Of a stretch of DNA of 39,929 bases, positions 38,389 through 39,929 are shown in pieces. Under the pieces are notes generated by a model that was given only the letters and a program-made list of their open reading frames with translations, did no database searches and was not told the origin of the DNA. The translations under genes were made by a program, and so were the position numbers. How positions within the stretch are numbered: the stretch's first letter is position 1; each line of letters begins with the position of its first letter. The DNA is from Desulfurococcaceae archaeon. GTDB taxonomy: Archaea; Thermoproteota; Thermoprotei_A; Sulfolobales; Desulfurococcaceae. The stretch covers positions 1 through 39,929 of the forward strand of contig JAWBBW010000012.1 of the NCBI GenBank assembly GCA_038824035.1. Reading direction: 5' to 3'.

Positions 38389-38437
38389 ATTTATAATCAT
38401 AAATTTGTTTATAATTGAATAAACCTTGATTATAAAT
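38389..38437. promoter_or_regulatory. Symmetric divergent promoter: inverted identical TGATTATAAAT boxes flanking GTTTAT-N6-ATAAAC
   Basis: ATTTATAATCA at 38389-99 and TGATTATAAAT at 38427-37, each about 20 nt from its start codon (38369 and 38459). Confidence 0.6.
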
Positions 38438-38458
38438 GAATAGTTAGGTAGCTTTGAG

Positions 38459-39121
38459 ATGAGATTATTGGTACTCAGTGATATACATGAGAGAATAAAT
38501 AATGTGAAGAAGTTGTTAAGCATCACGAAGACATTGAACGTGAATCTAGTTTTAATTGCCGGGGATCTAACGTATTTCAAGGACGTGGAATATGCCAAGA
38601 GAGTTTTAGACAAAATTAAAGACTTAATTAGGGCCAAGATATTGTTCGTACCAGGTAATTGCGATCCCGAGGAACTCATCAACGAATATAGGGATTTAAA
38701 TGGCGACATATTGAATATCCATCGCTCAATCTACGAATACAGTGGATATGTATTCTATGGAATAGGTGGTAGTGGTATAACGCCTTTTAACACTATTATA
38801 GAATTCGACGAGGAGTTCTTCAAGAATTCGCTGAATGCTGTTAGTAACATTGATCAAGACAAGCTTATTATATTAACTCATCAACCAATAAGAGGGTTTT
38901 TCGACGAAGTGAAAGACGAACATACGGGTTCCAAGGCTTTCATGGAATTCCTAGTCGAAAAACAACCATTGTTATGGATAACAGGACACATTCACGAATA
39001 TTCCGGGTTCACGAAATACGGTAAAACAACAATAGTGCATCCAGGCCCATTTATGAGAGGATATTATGGCATTGTTGAAATACATGGCAATAAAGTTATG
39101 GTTGAACTAAGCAGGGTGTGA
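38459..39121 (+). CDS. Calcineurin-like metallophosphoesterase
   Basis: SDIH, AGDL, PGNCD, THQP and GHIHE. Confidence 0.93.
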   Translation: MRLLVLSDIHERINNVKKLLSITKTLNVNLVLIAGDLTYFKDVEYAKRVLDKIKDLIRAKILFVPGNCDPEELINEYRDLNGDILNIHRSIYEYSGYVFYGIGGSGITPFNTIIEFDEEFFKNSLNAVSNIDQDKLIILTHQPIRGFFDEVKDEHTGSKAFMEFLVEKQPLLWITGHIHEYSGFTKYGKTTIVHPGPFMRGYYGIVEIHGNKVMVELSRV

Positions 39122-39928
39122 AGACAATGGTTTTTTAGCGAATTGGATAAGGCGCTTAAAGGATAATGAATACCCGGAGATCTCGAGTAAATAATTAAGT
39201 ATTATAGACAGGAGGAGAAGGTTTCTGGCTGTGGAAACATGCTGTGTAAGTGAACCGAAAAACCATGGTGCACCACTGCTGAATAATTCGTTGAAAAAGA
39301 CTATGATTAATACAGCATTCAGGAAATCTGTTATTAAATACACGAATATCAAGGCTAGTTTTTCAATGGCGATCAACGCAAGTGGCGAAATCATGAGCAT
39401 CATTTGCGGTGTGAAAACGTAGTTGAATAATATAAATGCTGTTTGAAACAAGAATAAATATACTGGCCTACGCTGTTCTTTATATCGCCCTCTTGTAGAG
39501 ACCTTGGTAATAAACGTGGTGAATAAGGTTATTGACACTGGATAGAGAACCCTGTGAACACTTGAGTAGATATCCCTTATGATTGGCAAGTATAAACAGT
39601 TTTCACAATACCACTCAGCATGATGAAAGATCATGTATGTGAATCCGTGAGGCGCCATGAGCCATATGGCTATAAAAGGGAATACGCCGGTTAAGACAGC
39701 GCCACCTATGTATTTATACAAAGACGAGATCTCGCGCCTCAGGAACAACATTTCTAAGAAAAACCACAATGCTATACCTATTGGCAGGATCTTCGTTGAG
39801 ATGGCCATGCCGATCAACACACCGGCTAGAAATGGTCGCTTTTTCTCTAACATATAAATACTTAGTAATGCAAAGGCGACAGCTATTATATCCCAGTTGT
39901 AAACCAAGTAGACAATTGTTGAGGGAAG
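39107..39928 (-). CDS. GT-C fold membrane glycosyltransferase (GT87/DUF2029-like), 5'-truncated by the window
   Basis: The frame is open to the window edge (LPSTIVYLVYNWD...). It has NWD, AGVLIGMAISTK..P and FTPQ motifs in a polytopic membrane protein. Confidence 0.65.
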   Translation of the reverse strand, partial: LPSTIVYLVYNWDIIAVAFALLSIYMLEKKRPFLAGVLIGMAISTKILPIGIALWFFLEMLFLRREISSLYKYIGGAVLTGVFPFIAIWLMAPHGFTYMIFHHAEWYCENCLYLPIIRDIYSSVHRVLYPVSITLFTTFITKVSTRGRYKEQRRPVYLFLFQTAFILFNYVFTPQMMLMISPLALIAIEKLALIFVYLITDFLNAVLIIVFFNELFSSGAPWFFGSLTQHVSTARNLLLLSIILNYLLEISGYSLSFKRLIQFAKKPLSSHPA

Positions 39929-39929
39929 T

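Noticed and set aside
714-39857. Many 60-160 aa ORFs in the track lying antisense to or overlapping the called genes (e.g. 714-1049, 6856-7344, 30585-30959, 35802-36197)
   Set aside because: They are shadow ORFs with no recognisable motifs, overlapping well-supported genes.
1-39929. CRISPR arrays, tRNA/rRNA genes, IS elements, integrases, defence or toxin-antitoxin genes
   Set aside because: I saw no periodic repeats, cloverleaf sequences, terminal inverted repeats or matching protein motifs. The window looks like core genome.

Overview
Gene-dense, AT-rich (about 40% GC by eye) archaeal core-genome window. It is almost certainly Thermoproteota/Desulfurococcales, based on Cren7, cdvB-cdvC, tungsten GAPOR, crenarchaeal-type PheRS/ArgRS and GGTGA Shine-Dalgarno sites. 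It holds about 35 housekeeping genes: a moaB-HAD-DUF447-RFAP synthase cluster, GGT, the ESCRT-III/Vps4 division pair, Cren7, PGK and USP (both frameshifted at simple repeats), glucan phosphorylase, split pheT/pheS, a radical SAM plus m5C methyltransferase pair, a peptide ABC operon, GAPOR, ArgRS, moeA, thiL, a dual-specificity phosphatase and ttuA/ncsA. I saw no mobile element, CRISPR, tRNA or rRNA. The signals not covered by the ORF track are: four candidate C/D-box sRNAs (one guide fits wobble U34 of tRNA-Gly(UCC)); a 22-bp G-U-rich hairpin that fills the cdvB-cdvC spacer and masks the cdvC ribosome-binding site; several promoter-linked palindromes; a phosphatase with a degenerate HD/Ppx-like tail; and an ArgRS with a HIGS motif and a long helical insertion. 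All product calls come from motif recognition by eye; no searches were run.
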